Part shown: in pieces, positions 16,686 through 24,405 of the stretch | How positions within the stretch are numbered: position 1 is the stretch's first letter | How the letters are laid out: the number at the start of each line of letters is the position of its first letter | Assembly: GCA_035285545.1 (NCBI GenBank) | Contig: JAYKGY010000083.1 | Span: forward strand, 1-24,405 | Length of the DNA stretch: 24,405 bases | Reading direction: 5' to 3' | DNA from: Snowella sp. | Lineage (GTDB): Bacteria > Cyanobacteriota > Cyanobacteriia > Cyanobacteriales > Microcystaceae | Notes under the pieces: model-generated | What the model saw: the letters and a program-made list of their open reading frames with translations, nothing else | Databases searched by the model: none | Told to the model about the DNA's origin: nothing | Made by a program: the position numbers and the translations under genes

Positions 16686-18290
16686 TTACTCAGCTTTAAT
16701 CAGGTCTAAATACTCGTTTTTAAAATAACGCAGGGTACTTAAGACGGGATTGGGCGCACTTTGTCCTAAACCACAGAGGCTAGTTTCTTTGACCATGTGG
16801 CAGAGCATTTCTAAGTACTCTAAATCGGTTTTTGTCGCTTCCTTTTTCAAAATCTTGGTTAATAGGTCATAAAGCTGAACGGTTCCAGCCCGACAGGGAA
16901 TGCACTTTCCACAGGATTCGCTTTGGCAAAAGTCCATATAAAACTGGGCTACGTCCACCATATTGGTGCTATCGTCCATCACGATCATGCCGCCCGATCC
17001 CATCATGGTTCCCAAGGCTAGGAGGGAATCGTATTCAATCGGGGTATCTAGCGCAGACGCAGGAATACATCCCCCCGATGGGCCACCCGTTTGTACAGCC
17101 TTGATACTGCCGCCATCGGGAACGCCGCCGCCCATTTCTTCGACCACTTGTCGCACGGTGGTTCCCATTGGTACTTCGACTAGGCCAGCATTTTGGACTT
17201 TACCCGTAAGAGCAAAAACCTTAGTACCTTTACTTTTAGCCGTTCCGATACTGGCATACCAATCACCGCCTTCGCGAATGATGGGGACAATGTTGGCATA
17301 GGTTTCCACGTTATTAATGAGGGTGGGACAATCCCACAGTCCCGATTGGGCAGGATAGGGGGGACGAGTGCGGGGGGTTCCGCGGCCACCTTCAATGGAA
17401 TGGATTAAGGCGGTTTCTTCCCCACAGACAAAGGCTCCCGCCCCAACGCGAATATCGATCTTAAAGTCAAAGGGGGAATCAAAAATTTGGGATCCCATGA
17501 GACCGTATTTTTTCGCTTGTTGAATGGCTTTTTGGAGGCGTTTGATGGCTAGGGGATATTCGGCTCGGACATAGATAAAGCCATGATTTGCACCAACAGC
17601 GTAGGCCGCGATCGCCATTCCTTCTAGCACCCGATGGGGGTCACTTTCGAGAACACTGCGATCCATGAAAGCACCTGGATCACCTTCATCCGCATTACAG
17701 ATGACATACTTTTGTTGACCGGGCATCTTAGCCACTGTGGCCCATTTTAGTCCTGTGGGATAGCCGCCGCCACCGCGTCCCCGCAATCCACTGCGAGTCA
17801 CTTCAGCCACAACCGCTTCAGGGGTTAATTCATACAGAACATTGTGGAGTTGTTCGTATCCTCCCGCTGCTATATAGTCATCTATGCTTTCTGGATCAAT
17901 AATGCCAGAGTTTTCCAGCACAATTGGGCGTTGAAGGGCGAAGAAGGGATGATTGGGATCGGTTTGTTGGGGGAGATTTTCCTGGGAAGATTCTGTTAAG
18001 TTTAATGTACTGATAATACTGGCCGCATTTTCAGGGGTGACTTGTTCATAAAGGGTTCCAACGGGATCGACCGCTACCAATGGGCCAATGCCACAGAATT
18101 TCATACAACCTACGCCACAGACTTCGACTTGATCCGTTAACCCAGCTTCAGCGATCGCGGTTTCTAAATTCTTTTTCACCGATTCCCCTTGGGAAGACAA
18201 ACACCCTGCCGCACTGCAACAGCGAATCCGAACTTTAGGCTGCTTGTCTCGTTTTTCTTGGGCAATTTTATGTAATTCAGCTATATCCAT
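16686..18290 (-). CDS. hoxF: Bidirectional hydrogenase diaphorase subunit F (NAD/FMN-binding)
   Basis: N-terminal thioredoxin-like 2Fe-2S domain, SGLRGRGGGGYPTG, CNADEGDPG, GAGAFVCGEET, ESCGKCIPCRAG, SLCGLG. Confidence 0.98.
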   Translation of the reverse strand: MDIAELHKIAQEKRDKQPKVRIRCCSAAGCLSSQGESVKKNLETAIAEAGLTDQVEVCGVGCMKFCGIGPLVAVDPVGTLYEQVTPENAASIISTLNLTESSQENLPQQTDPNHPFFALQRPIVLENSGIIDPESIDDYIAAGGYEQLHNVLYELTPEAVVAEVTRSGLRGRGGGGYPTGLKWATVAKMPGQQKYVICNADEGDPGAFMDRSVLESDPHRVLEGMAIAAYAVGANHGFIYVRAEYPLAIKRLQKAIQQAKKYGLMGSQIFDSPFDFKIDIRVGAGAFVCGEETALIHSIEGGRGTPRTRPPYPAQSGLWDCPTLINNVETYANIVPIIREGGDWYASIGTAKSKGTKVFALTGKVQNAGLVEVPMGTTVRQVVEEMGGGVPDGGSIKAVQTGGPSGGCIPASALDTPIEYDSLLALGTMMGSGGMIVMDDSTNMVDVAQFYMDFCQSESCGKCIPCRAGTVQLYDLLTKILKKEATKTDLEYLEMLCHMVKETSLCGLGQSAPNPVLSTLRYFKNEYLDLIKAE

Positions 18291-18371
18291 AATCGTTTAA
18301 TCCATCTCATCAAAAATTACTTTGCACCAGTCTTTTAATCGAAAAATGCGCTAAATCTTCATCAATGGGGA

Positions 18372-18914
18372 TTAGGCATTACCATTAGGCTGTTCATGCT
18401 TAAGCCAGGGCTGAATATTTTCCATTAATAAGTCAGAATTTTGCTTTCCTTGGACATTTCCATCAAAAACAACCGCAGGCGCAATCCCACAAGCCCCAAT
18501 GCAACGCGCCGTCACCAGAGAAACCTGTCCATCGGGTGTAGTTTCCCCCGGCTGTAAATCCATTTCCGCTTTTAGGGTATCCAGCAAAGCATTCGCGCCT
18601 TTAACGTAACAGGCGGTTCCCAAGCAAACGACACAGGTGTGAGCACCACTCGGCTTGAGGGAAAATAAATGGTAAAACGTCGCTACGCCATAAACCTGAC
18701 TTAAGGGAAGTTTTAAGCCCCTTGCAACGTAGAGCAAAACGTCTTCTTCGAGATAACCAAAGGCTTCCTGGGCTTTGTGCAAAATTTCAATAAGAGCATC
18801 CTGACTATATTGGTTGCGCTTCATCGTGGCATCGAGAACTTTGAAGCGTTTGTCGCCACTGGGATGATCGGTAGAGGCTTTTTTCGGCGAAGATGAAGGG
18901 GAAGCAGTGGGCAT
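18372..18914 (-). CDS. hoxE: Bidirectional hydrogenase subunit E (2Fe-2S, NuoE-like)
   Basis: VYGVATFY, CLGTACYVKG, RCIGACGIAP. Start probably MPTAS at 18914; the ORF track extends to 18944. Confidence 0.97.
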   Translation of the reverse strand: MPTASPSSSPKKASTDHPSGDKRFKVLDATMKRNQYSQDALIEILHKAQEAFGYLEEDVLLYVARGLKLPLSQVYGVATFYHLFSLKPSGAHTCVVCLGTACYVKGANALLDTLKAEMDLQPGETTPDGQVSLVTARCIGACGIAPAVVFDGNVQGKQNSDLLMENIQPWLKHEQPNGNA

Positions 18915-19322
18915 AAAATAATTTAAAAGCTCAGTTCGACACATTTCTCTTGATCAAGCAAAGGGCTTCAATTGATTTGAATAGGAAAAATAAATGGATA
19001 AACTTGACTAAGTGGAATGCACCTTTATTGTTACACTGCTTTTTAGGAAATACGCTAGAACTTTAGATTTTTTAAATAACTTAATTTTTCGGATTTGCCC
19101 TGATTTAAACAACTTTTAAGTTGCTAAACTGAGCTTGTTAATAATAATTTTACGTTAGTATTTTTGCTGGACTGACATAAATTTGGTGAGTCCATCATTA
19201 ATCACTTTAGTAGCCGATCTATTGTAAGATTTTATCTTTGGGAAAATATCGATATTTGTTAACGAATCATAGATAGTAATGAGGTTTTTGTTAAATTAAC
19301 CAATCCGTTTTGAGTATCTTTA
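18915..19322 (-). promoter_or_regulatory. Probable hox operon promoter/leader region
   Basis: ~400-bp AT-rich intergenic region upstream of hoxE, with palindromes at 19110-19123 and 19244-19257. No transcription start can be assigned from sequence. Confidence 0.5.
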
Positions 19323-20339
19323 TCAATCCTGTTGTTGATCGAGTCGTTTCATATCGTCTAATTTATCCCAAACAACTTGCATTAATGGATCTAAACCTAA
19401 ACGAGTAACGGCAGAAATCTGTAAAACGGGGTTAGGGGTAATTTCTGCTAATTGTTGATGAATCGTTACTACGATTTCAGGATCTACCGCATCCACTTTA
19501 TTTAAAATCACCAGTTGGGGGCGATCGGGTAAACCACGACCATAGGCGGCTAATTCCTGCTGAATGGTTTGGTAATTAGCAATGGGATCGCTGTCGGTTA
19601 AGTCGATTAAATGTAATAACAAGCGTGTCCGTTCAATATGACGTAAAAACTCGTGCCCTAAGCCGACTCCTTCGTGGGCCCCTTCAATTAACCCTGGAAT
19701 GTCTGCAAAAACCGTTCCATCTCCTGACGGTTTACGAACAACGCCTAAATTAGGGATCAGGGTCGTAAAAGGATAATTGGCGATTTTGGGACGGGCCGCT
19801 GATAAAGATGAAATGAGGGTAGATTTTCCCGCATTGGGTAAGCCAATAATGCCAACTTCTGCCAAAAGCTTTAATTCTAAGCGTAAATTGCGCTTTTCTC
19901 CCTCTAAACCTGGAAGTGCGTATTCTGGGGCACGATTGCGATTACTCAAAAAGTGTTGATTGCCTAAGCCACCTTTACCGCCATGAGCAACACAGAGGGT
20001 TTGTTCGTTATTAATTAAATCTCCTAAAATTTCTCCGGTGTCCGCATCATAAATAACTGTTCCACAAGGTATTTCAATAATTAAATCTTTACCTGCTGCG
20101 CCGGTGCAATTATTGGGCCCGCCTCGTTTCCCATCATCGGCTTTAAAAGAACGGGCATAACGGAAATCTAACAGGGTTTGTAAGTTTTCAACCGCTTTAA
20201 AAAATATCGATCCTCCCCGTCCGCCATTGCCACCAGAGGGGCCACCCGCAGGAACATACTTTTCCCGCCGAAACGAAACAATGCCATCTCCGCCTTTCCC
20301 TGCTTCGACTTCTATTTCTGCGTGATCGATAAATTGCAT
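19323..20339 (-). CDS. obgE: GTPase ObgE/CgtA
   Basis: MQFID...GKGGDG...[21 protein letters not shown]bg fold, [27 protein letters not shown]. Confidence 0.98.
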   Translation of the reverse strand: MQFIDHAEIEVEAGKGGDGIVSFRREKYVPAGGPSGGNGGRGGSIFFKAVENLQTLLDFRYARSFKADDGKRGGPNNCTGAAGKDLIIEIPCGTVIYDADTGEILGDLINNEQTLCVAHGGKGGLGNQHFLSNRNRAPEYALPGLEGEKRNLRLELKLLAEVGIIGLPNAGKSTLISSLSAARPKIANYPFTTLIPNLGVVRKPSGDGTVFADIPGLIEGAHEGVGLGHEFLRHIERTRLLLHLIDLTDSDPIANYQTIQQELAAYGRGLPDRPQLVILNKVDAVDPEIVVTIHQQLAEITPNPVLQISAVTRLGLDPLMQVVWDKLDDMKRLDQQQD

Positions 20340-20343
20340 GATT

Positions 20344-20371
20344 TAATTGATAATTAACAATCGATAATTGA
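20344..20371. repeat. Short heptamer tandem repeat (STRR-like), 4 imperfect units
   Basis: taattga-taattaa-caatcga-taattga directly upstream of the obgE ATG. Confidence 0.55.
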
Positions 20372-20764
20372 TAAGGACTTAAAGACACAGACTCATCATC
20401 TTAATCCTATTCTTCTTATTGTAAGAGTTTGCAGCGATCGCGCGACAAGATCGGTACTCACATGACCTATGCTGCCTGAAAAGATACGTTAACTAGGGCA
20501 GATCACAGTAAATATTTCATGAATTTGGTGTTAAACACAAGAAAACTTCATAGAACGAAATGGAAGCAGTGATTCCAGCCACAATAATTTCTCTTAGCTT
20601 GGGGTGAAACTTTTTAATTTCCTGATATTCATATTATAATAAATGCTTAAATTAATGTTATTTTGTCTTGCCCTTACGAAAAAAATCTTCCTCGGACAGC
20701 TTAATGTCGCCACTAACAATATGCTGATGTCGATTGAATTTGATTGAATAAATTATTCAAATTT

Positions 20765-20989
20765 ATGCCCAGAAAAATACGGGAATTTAAGGCGCAACTT
20801 GCTCGTGAAGGATTTATTTATTTACCCAAACGCGGTAAAGGTAGCCATGAACGCTGGAGACATCCTCTAATTAGGAAAACTCTGACGATTCCAGGTAAAG
20901 ATGGAAGTGATGTACCACTTTATTTAGAAAAAGAATTAACACAATTATTAATTGAAATTAAAAAAATACAAGAGGATGACAACTTATGA
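20765..20989 (+). CDS. hicA: HicA-family mRNA interferase toxin
   Basis: MPRKIRE...GF...GKGSHERWRHP...LTIPG. 74 aa from ATG 20765. Its stop overlaps the downstream start (ATGA). Confidence 0.9.
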   Translation: MPRKIREFKAQLAREGFIYLPKRGKGSHERWRHPLIRKTLTIPGKDGSDVPLYLEKELTQLLIEIKKIQEDDNL

Positions 20990-21204
20990 ATCATTACACA
21001 ATGAACCTCCAATGGTCTGAAGAAGATCAACTTTTTCTCGTTACAATTCCCGAATTCAGCGATCGCGTTATTATGCCCTGTACTCACGGTAAAACTCGCA
21101 TAGAAGCTATCCGTAATGCTGAAGAAGTCATCGAAATGTATCTAGAAGCTTGGCAATTGGAAGGAGAAAGTATTCCAAAACCGCAAGTAGCAGTACTTGT
21201 ATAA
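20986..21204 (+). CDS. hicB: HicB-family antitoxin (short form)
   Basis: WSEED..FLVTIPEF...CTHGKTRIEAIRNAEEVIEMYL...GESIPKP. Translationally coupled to hicA. Confidence 0.9.
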   Translation: MNHYTMNLQWSEEDQLFLVTIPEFSDRVIMPCTHGKTRIEAIRNAEEVIEMYLEAWQLEGESIPKPQVAVLV

Positions 21205-21220
21205 GTATTTGCTCATCAAG

Positions 21221-21898
21221 CTAAATAAATTCAGAAATATCTTCTTTGCATTCATCGGCGAGATAAGACAGGGAACGGAAGCGTAAACCGACCAATTGAT
21301 CATACAAAGGATTGAGTTTACATAAGGGCGGAATATGGACTAATTTATGCCCAAACAGGGTAATATCTCGTTCAAAAGGACATTGAGGGGGAACGAGTTT
21401 ACAAATAAATCGCGCCAGACGGGGATCCTGAATGGGCATTTCATCCAACCAATCTTTAATGGGGTGGAGTAAATCGGGGTGGGGATGACCTTGTTCAAGG
21501 GGGGAACCATCGGGATGGGTTGCCGTCGGGTCGCATAGGGTATGTTCTAGAGATTCTAAGGCTTTGATTTTAATGCCTAATGCTTGGCTATAATCCCGTA
21601 ATAATTGAGCTTCAGAAGGGGAATAGAGTCCATCCGCGATCGCGACTAGGGCAGCAGTTCTGAGGAAATTTTCGGCGGTCATTTTATCGTTACCCAACCC
21701 TTCGACTAATTCTTCTGGGGTAATGGTCTTAAACAGAACAGTATCAGTGTCTCTAAAACCCATCTCTTTGACCAGATCGGTGATAAAATGCTGCTCTTCT
21801 TCTGTATAATCCCCATCTGCCCAAGAAATGGTTAATAAACCTCGGAGCCAAGTAGCAATTTGAACATTGGTGTAATGGGATTGAGCAATATTTAGCAT
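21221..21898 (-). CDS. TerB-like N-terminal domain plus Mo-dependent nitrogenase C-terminal (Mo-nitro_C) domain protein
   Basis: Two TerB-type ADG..xxxE motifs (WADGDYTEEE, IADGLYSPSE). C-terminal CPFERD...HIPPLCKLNPLY..LVGLRFRSL.YLAD.C signature. Confidence 0.88.
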   Translation of the reverse strand: MLNIAQSHYTNVQIATWLRGLLTISWADGDYTEEEQHFITDLVKEMGFRDTDTVLFKTITPEELVEGLGNDKMTAENFLRTAALVAIADGLYSPSEAQLLRDYSQALGIKIKALESLEHTLCDPTATHPDGSPLEQGHPHPDLLHPIKDWLDEMPIQDPRLARFICKLVPPQCPFERDITLFGHKLVHIPPLCKLNPLYDQLVGLRFRSLSYLADECKEDISEFI

Positions 21899-22265
21899 AG
21901 AATCTTAATCACTTGTGGAAACTTAGCGAAGGATTTATTGTTAATGGCTTAACTATAACTATTGTAAAAACGATTGAACAATTATTTTGCTTTGTTGAGA
22001 AAACATGCAGGTCATCGGGAAAGCCCCCTGTGGTGATCTTATCTTACCTAACTTTCTTGAAGAAAAGACAGCCGTTTCACGATAATTAACAACAAAAATA
22101 TTTCCAATGAATAAAAGAAGTAATTCTAGACATTTAAACAATAATTTATTAAGAAGATCTTAATATTATATTTTTCATTTTTTGTCGTTGTTTTTGATTC
22201 AATAATCTGATTTAATAAGTAAGATAATCTATCATCTTAAGCCAAATAAAGCTGAATTGCAAATC

Positions 22266-24014
22266 ATGCCTCCCAAATTTTCCTCATGGGTGAAGTTTAT
22301 CATTATTATTTTAGGCATTTTCTGGTTCTCTATTACGATACCCCAAGGGCTAGCCTCTAATATAGACATTAACGCCCGTTTCAATCGGTCATCCCAGTCC
22401 CCTGAAATAATCGCGGAATTGACAACGAATAATACATCTGGGCAATCCACAGAACCAAAAAAAGATAACAACATTTCTCCTGTTCCAATAACTTTCGATG
22501 GGAAAGTACTGTTTACGATCAAAACCCGTTTGGGAGAAACATCTCCAAAAGAAAGGGTCAGAAGTATTCACGAAAAGTTAGTTCGCATTGCTAATGATGA
22601 TACAATTCCGCTTGATTCTATCCGAATTGTTGACATTAATCATTCACAGAATTGGCAGTTAATTCAGGCAGGAGATATGCTATTAATGGTCGTCACACTG
22701 GACGATGCAAAGGTAGCCAATAAGCCAATTTTAGTATTAGCAGAAGACTATGTTAAACAATTTCGAGTTGCGGTTCAAAATTATCGAGATAGTCGCCAGT
22801 CAGAAAGTCGTCTTAAAGGAATTATTCAGGCAATTGTTGCAACGATTTTAGCTAGCTTTATTTTATATGTTGTCAATCGATTTTTACCAAGAGTGTTGTT
22901 ATGGATTTCTGATAAGTCAAAACGATATTTTCAAAATATTAATAGCCAAATCTTTTTCTTTTTACCACCTAAACAATTAGCGAAGTTAATTTCTTTTTCT
23001 TTAAATGCACTCCGAATTTTTTTAATTCTCTTTATTTTTTATCTTTATATTCCGTTTGTTCTCAGTAGTTTTCCTGAAACTAAAGCGATTGGAATAACAC
23101 TTTTAACTTATTTTTGGGCGGCTGTTAATTATATTTGGAATGCTTTTGTTGGCTATTTGCCCAATTTGTTTATTGTTGCCTTAATTGTCGCGATCGCGTA
23201 CTATAGCATCTCTTTTTCTCAATTTTTCTTCAAAACGATTGAACGAGGGAATATTTCTATTCCAAACTTTTATCCCGAATGGGCTGAACCAACCGCAAAT
23301 TTGGTTAAAATATTAATTTTTAGTTTGGCGTTAGTATTAATTTTTCCCTATCTACCTGCTGCTACCTCGAAAAGTTTTCAAGGCGTTTCTATCTTTTTGG
23401 GTGCGCTTGTCACCTTTGGTTCGACCAGTATTATTGGGAACGTTGTGAGTGGAATTGTCTTAATTTATACAAGGGCGTTTCAGTTAGAAGATATTATTCA
23501 AGTGAATGATCAACGGGGTAAGGTGATCGAAAAAGGGATGCTTTCTACCCGTATTTTGACTCCTGATAATGAAGTGATAACGATTCCCAATGGAAGTTTA
23601 TTAGTCAGTTCGATTACCAATTATTCGGTTGTTATCCGCGATCGCCGCCAACCATTATTATTAAAAACCACTGTAACATTAGGCTATGATTTACCCTGGC
23701 GAAAAGTTCATCAAACCTTAATTAATGCGGCCAAAGCCACAGAAGGAATTTTGAATGAGCCAGAGCCTTTCGTTTTACAAACCAGTTTAGATGATTTTTA
23801 TGTCAGCTATACCCTCAAAGCCTTTACCAATCAACCCGAAATGATGCCCCTCATTTATTCTTGTTTGCATCAAAATATCCAAGATCAATGCAATGAGTCA
23901 GATATCGAAATTATGTCACCGCACTATTCCAGTTTACGAGATGGAAATCAATCCACCATTCCTGCGGAATATCTCCAATATTTGACCCATAGTCAGGGCG
24001 AAATCGAGGTTTGA
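22266..24014 (+). CDS. MscS-family mechanosensitive channel with N-terminal soluble extension
   Basis: N-terminal signal/TM segment, soluble domain, several TMs and an MscS core (GNVVSGIVLIYTRAFQLED, GKV, ITIPNG, LGYDLPW). ATG at 22266 preferred over TTG at 22257. Confidence 0.92.
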   Translation: MPPKFSSWVKFIIIILGIFWFSITIPQGLASNIDINARFNRSSQSPEIIAELTTNNTSGQSTEPKKDNNISPVPITFDGKVLFTIKTRLGETSPKERVRSIHEKLVRIANDDTIPLDSIRIVDINHSQNWQLIQAGDMLLMVVTLDDAKVANKPILVLAEDYVKQFRVAVQNYRDSRQSESRLKGIIQAIVATILASFILYVVNRFLPRVLLWISDKSKRYFQNINSQIFFFLPPKQLAKLISFSLNALRIFLILFIFYLYIPFVLSSFPETKAIGITLLTYFWAAVNYIWNAFVGYLPNLFIVALIVAIAYYSISFSQFFFKTIERGNISIPNFYPEWAEPTANLVKILIFSLALVLIFPYLPAATSKSFQGVSIFLGALVTFGSTSIIGNVVSGIVLIYTRAFQLEDIIQVNDQRGKVIEKGMLSTRILTPDNEVITIPNGSLLVSSITNYSVVIRDRRQPLLLKTTVTLGYDLPWRKVHQTLINAAKATEGILNEPEPFVLQTSLDDFYVSYTLKAFTNQPEMMPLIYSCLHQNIQDQCNESDIEIMSPHYSSLRDGNQSTIPAEYLQYLTHSQGEIEV

Positions 24015-24041
24015 TATTGTAGGCTTGATAAAATCTTTCCT

Positions 24042-24071
24042 AAAAAAAGACCCTCTAAAGAAAAGAGAGCC
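24042..24071 (-). terminator. Probable intrinsic terminator of por
   Basis: The minus strand reads GGCTCTCT-TTTCTTT-AGAGGGTC-TTTTTTT (stem with two G-U pairs, then a U7 tract), 29 nt after the por stop. Confidence 0.55.
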
Positions 24072-24100
24072 AAAATCACCATCAGTAAAGATTGTTGAGA

Positions 24101-24403
<303 letters not shown>

Positions 24404-24405
24404 AT

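Larger units (their letters stand above)
2744..23645. repeat. HIP1 octamer GCGATCGC, 20 dispersed copies
   Basis: Starts at 2744, 3710, 3922, 6441, 6447, 8454, 8943, 9027, 9695, 11113, 11968, 13015, 15109, 17608, 18151, 20434, 21059, 21636, 23190, 23638 (manual count). Confidence 0.95.

Noticed and set aside
21221..21898. Evidence for nitrogen fixation from the 'Mo-dependent nitrogenase C-terminal' domain
   Set aside because: The domain name is not diagnostic and no nif genes are present.
21990..22060. SAM-I riboswitch
   Set aside because: Only a P2-like arm resembles it. The AUCxAGAG, GCAACC and GGUGC elements are missing, and no sulfur/methionine gene is adjacent.

Overview
Cyanobacterial chromosomal segment, Synechocystis/Chroococcales-like, with 20 HIP1 octamers (GCGATCGC) counted by eye. 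Left to right: (1) the 3' end of an AT-rich, HIP1-free island with a tandem pair of dynamin-like genes (LeoA/Eleos-like, candidate antiphage module); (2) three tandem paralogous FHA-(PAS)-GGDEF-EAL c-di-GMP genes whose PAS count and catalytic motifs decay stepwise; (3) an AI-2E transporter and methionine aminopeptidase (map); (4) the bidirectional NiFe hydrogenase operon hoxE-F-U-orf177-Y-orf74-H, containing two uncharacterised inserted ORFs; (5) obgE, a hicAB toxin-antitoxin pair, a TerB/Mo-nitrogenase-C-terminal-domain gene, an MscS channel and the 3' end of por. The strongest leads are the FHA/c-di-GMP triplet, with a shared K-[AS]-T-hydrophobic linker motif, the dynamin island and the two hox-embedded ORFs. 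All calls come from motif recognition only; no searches were run.
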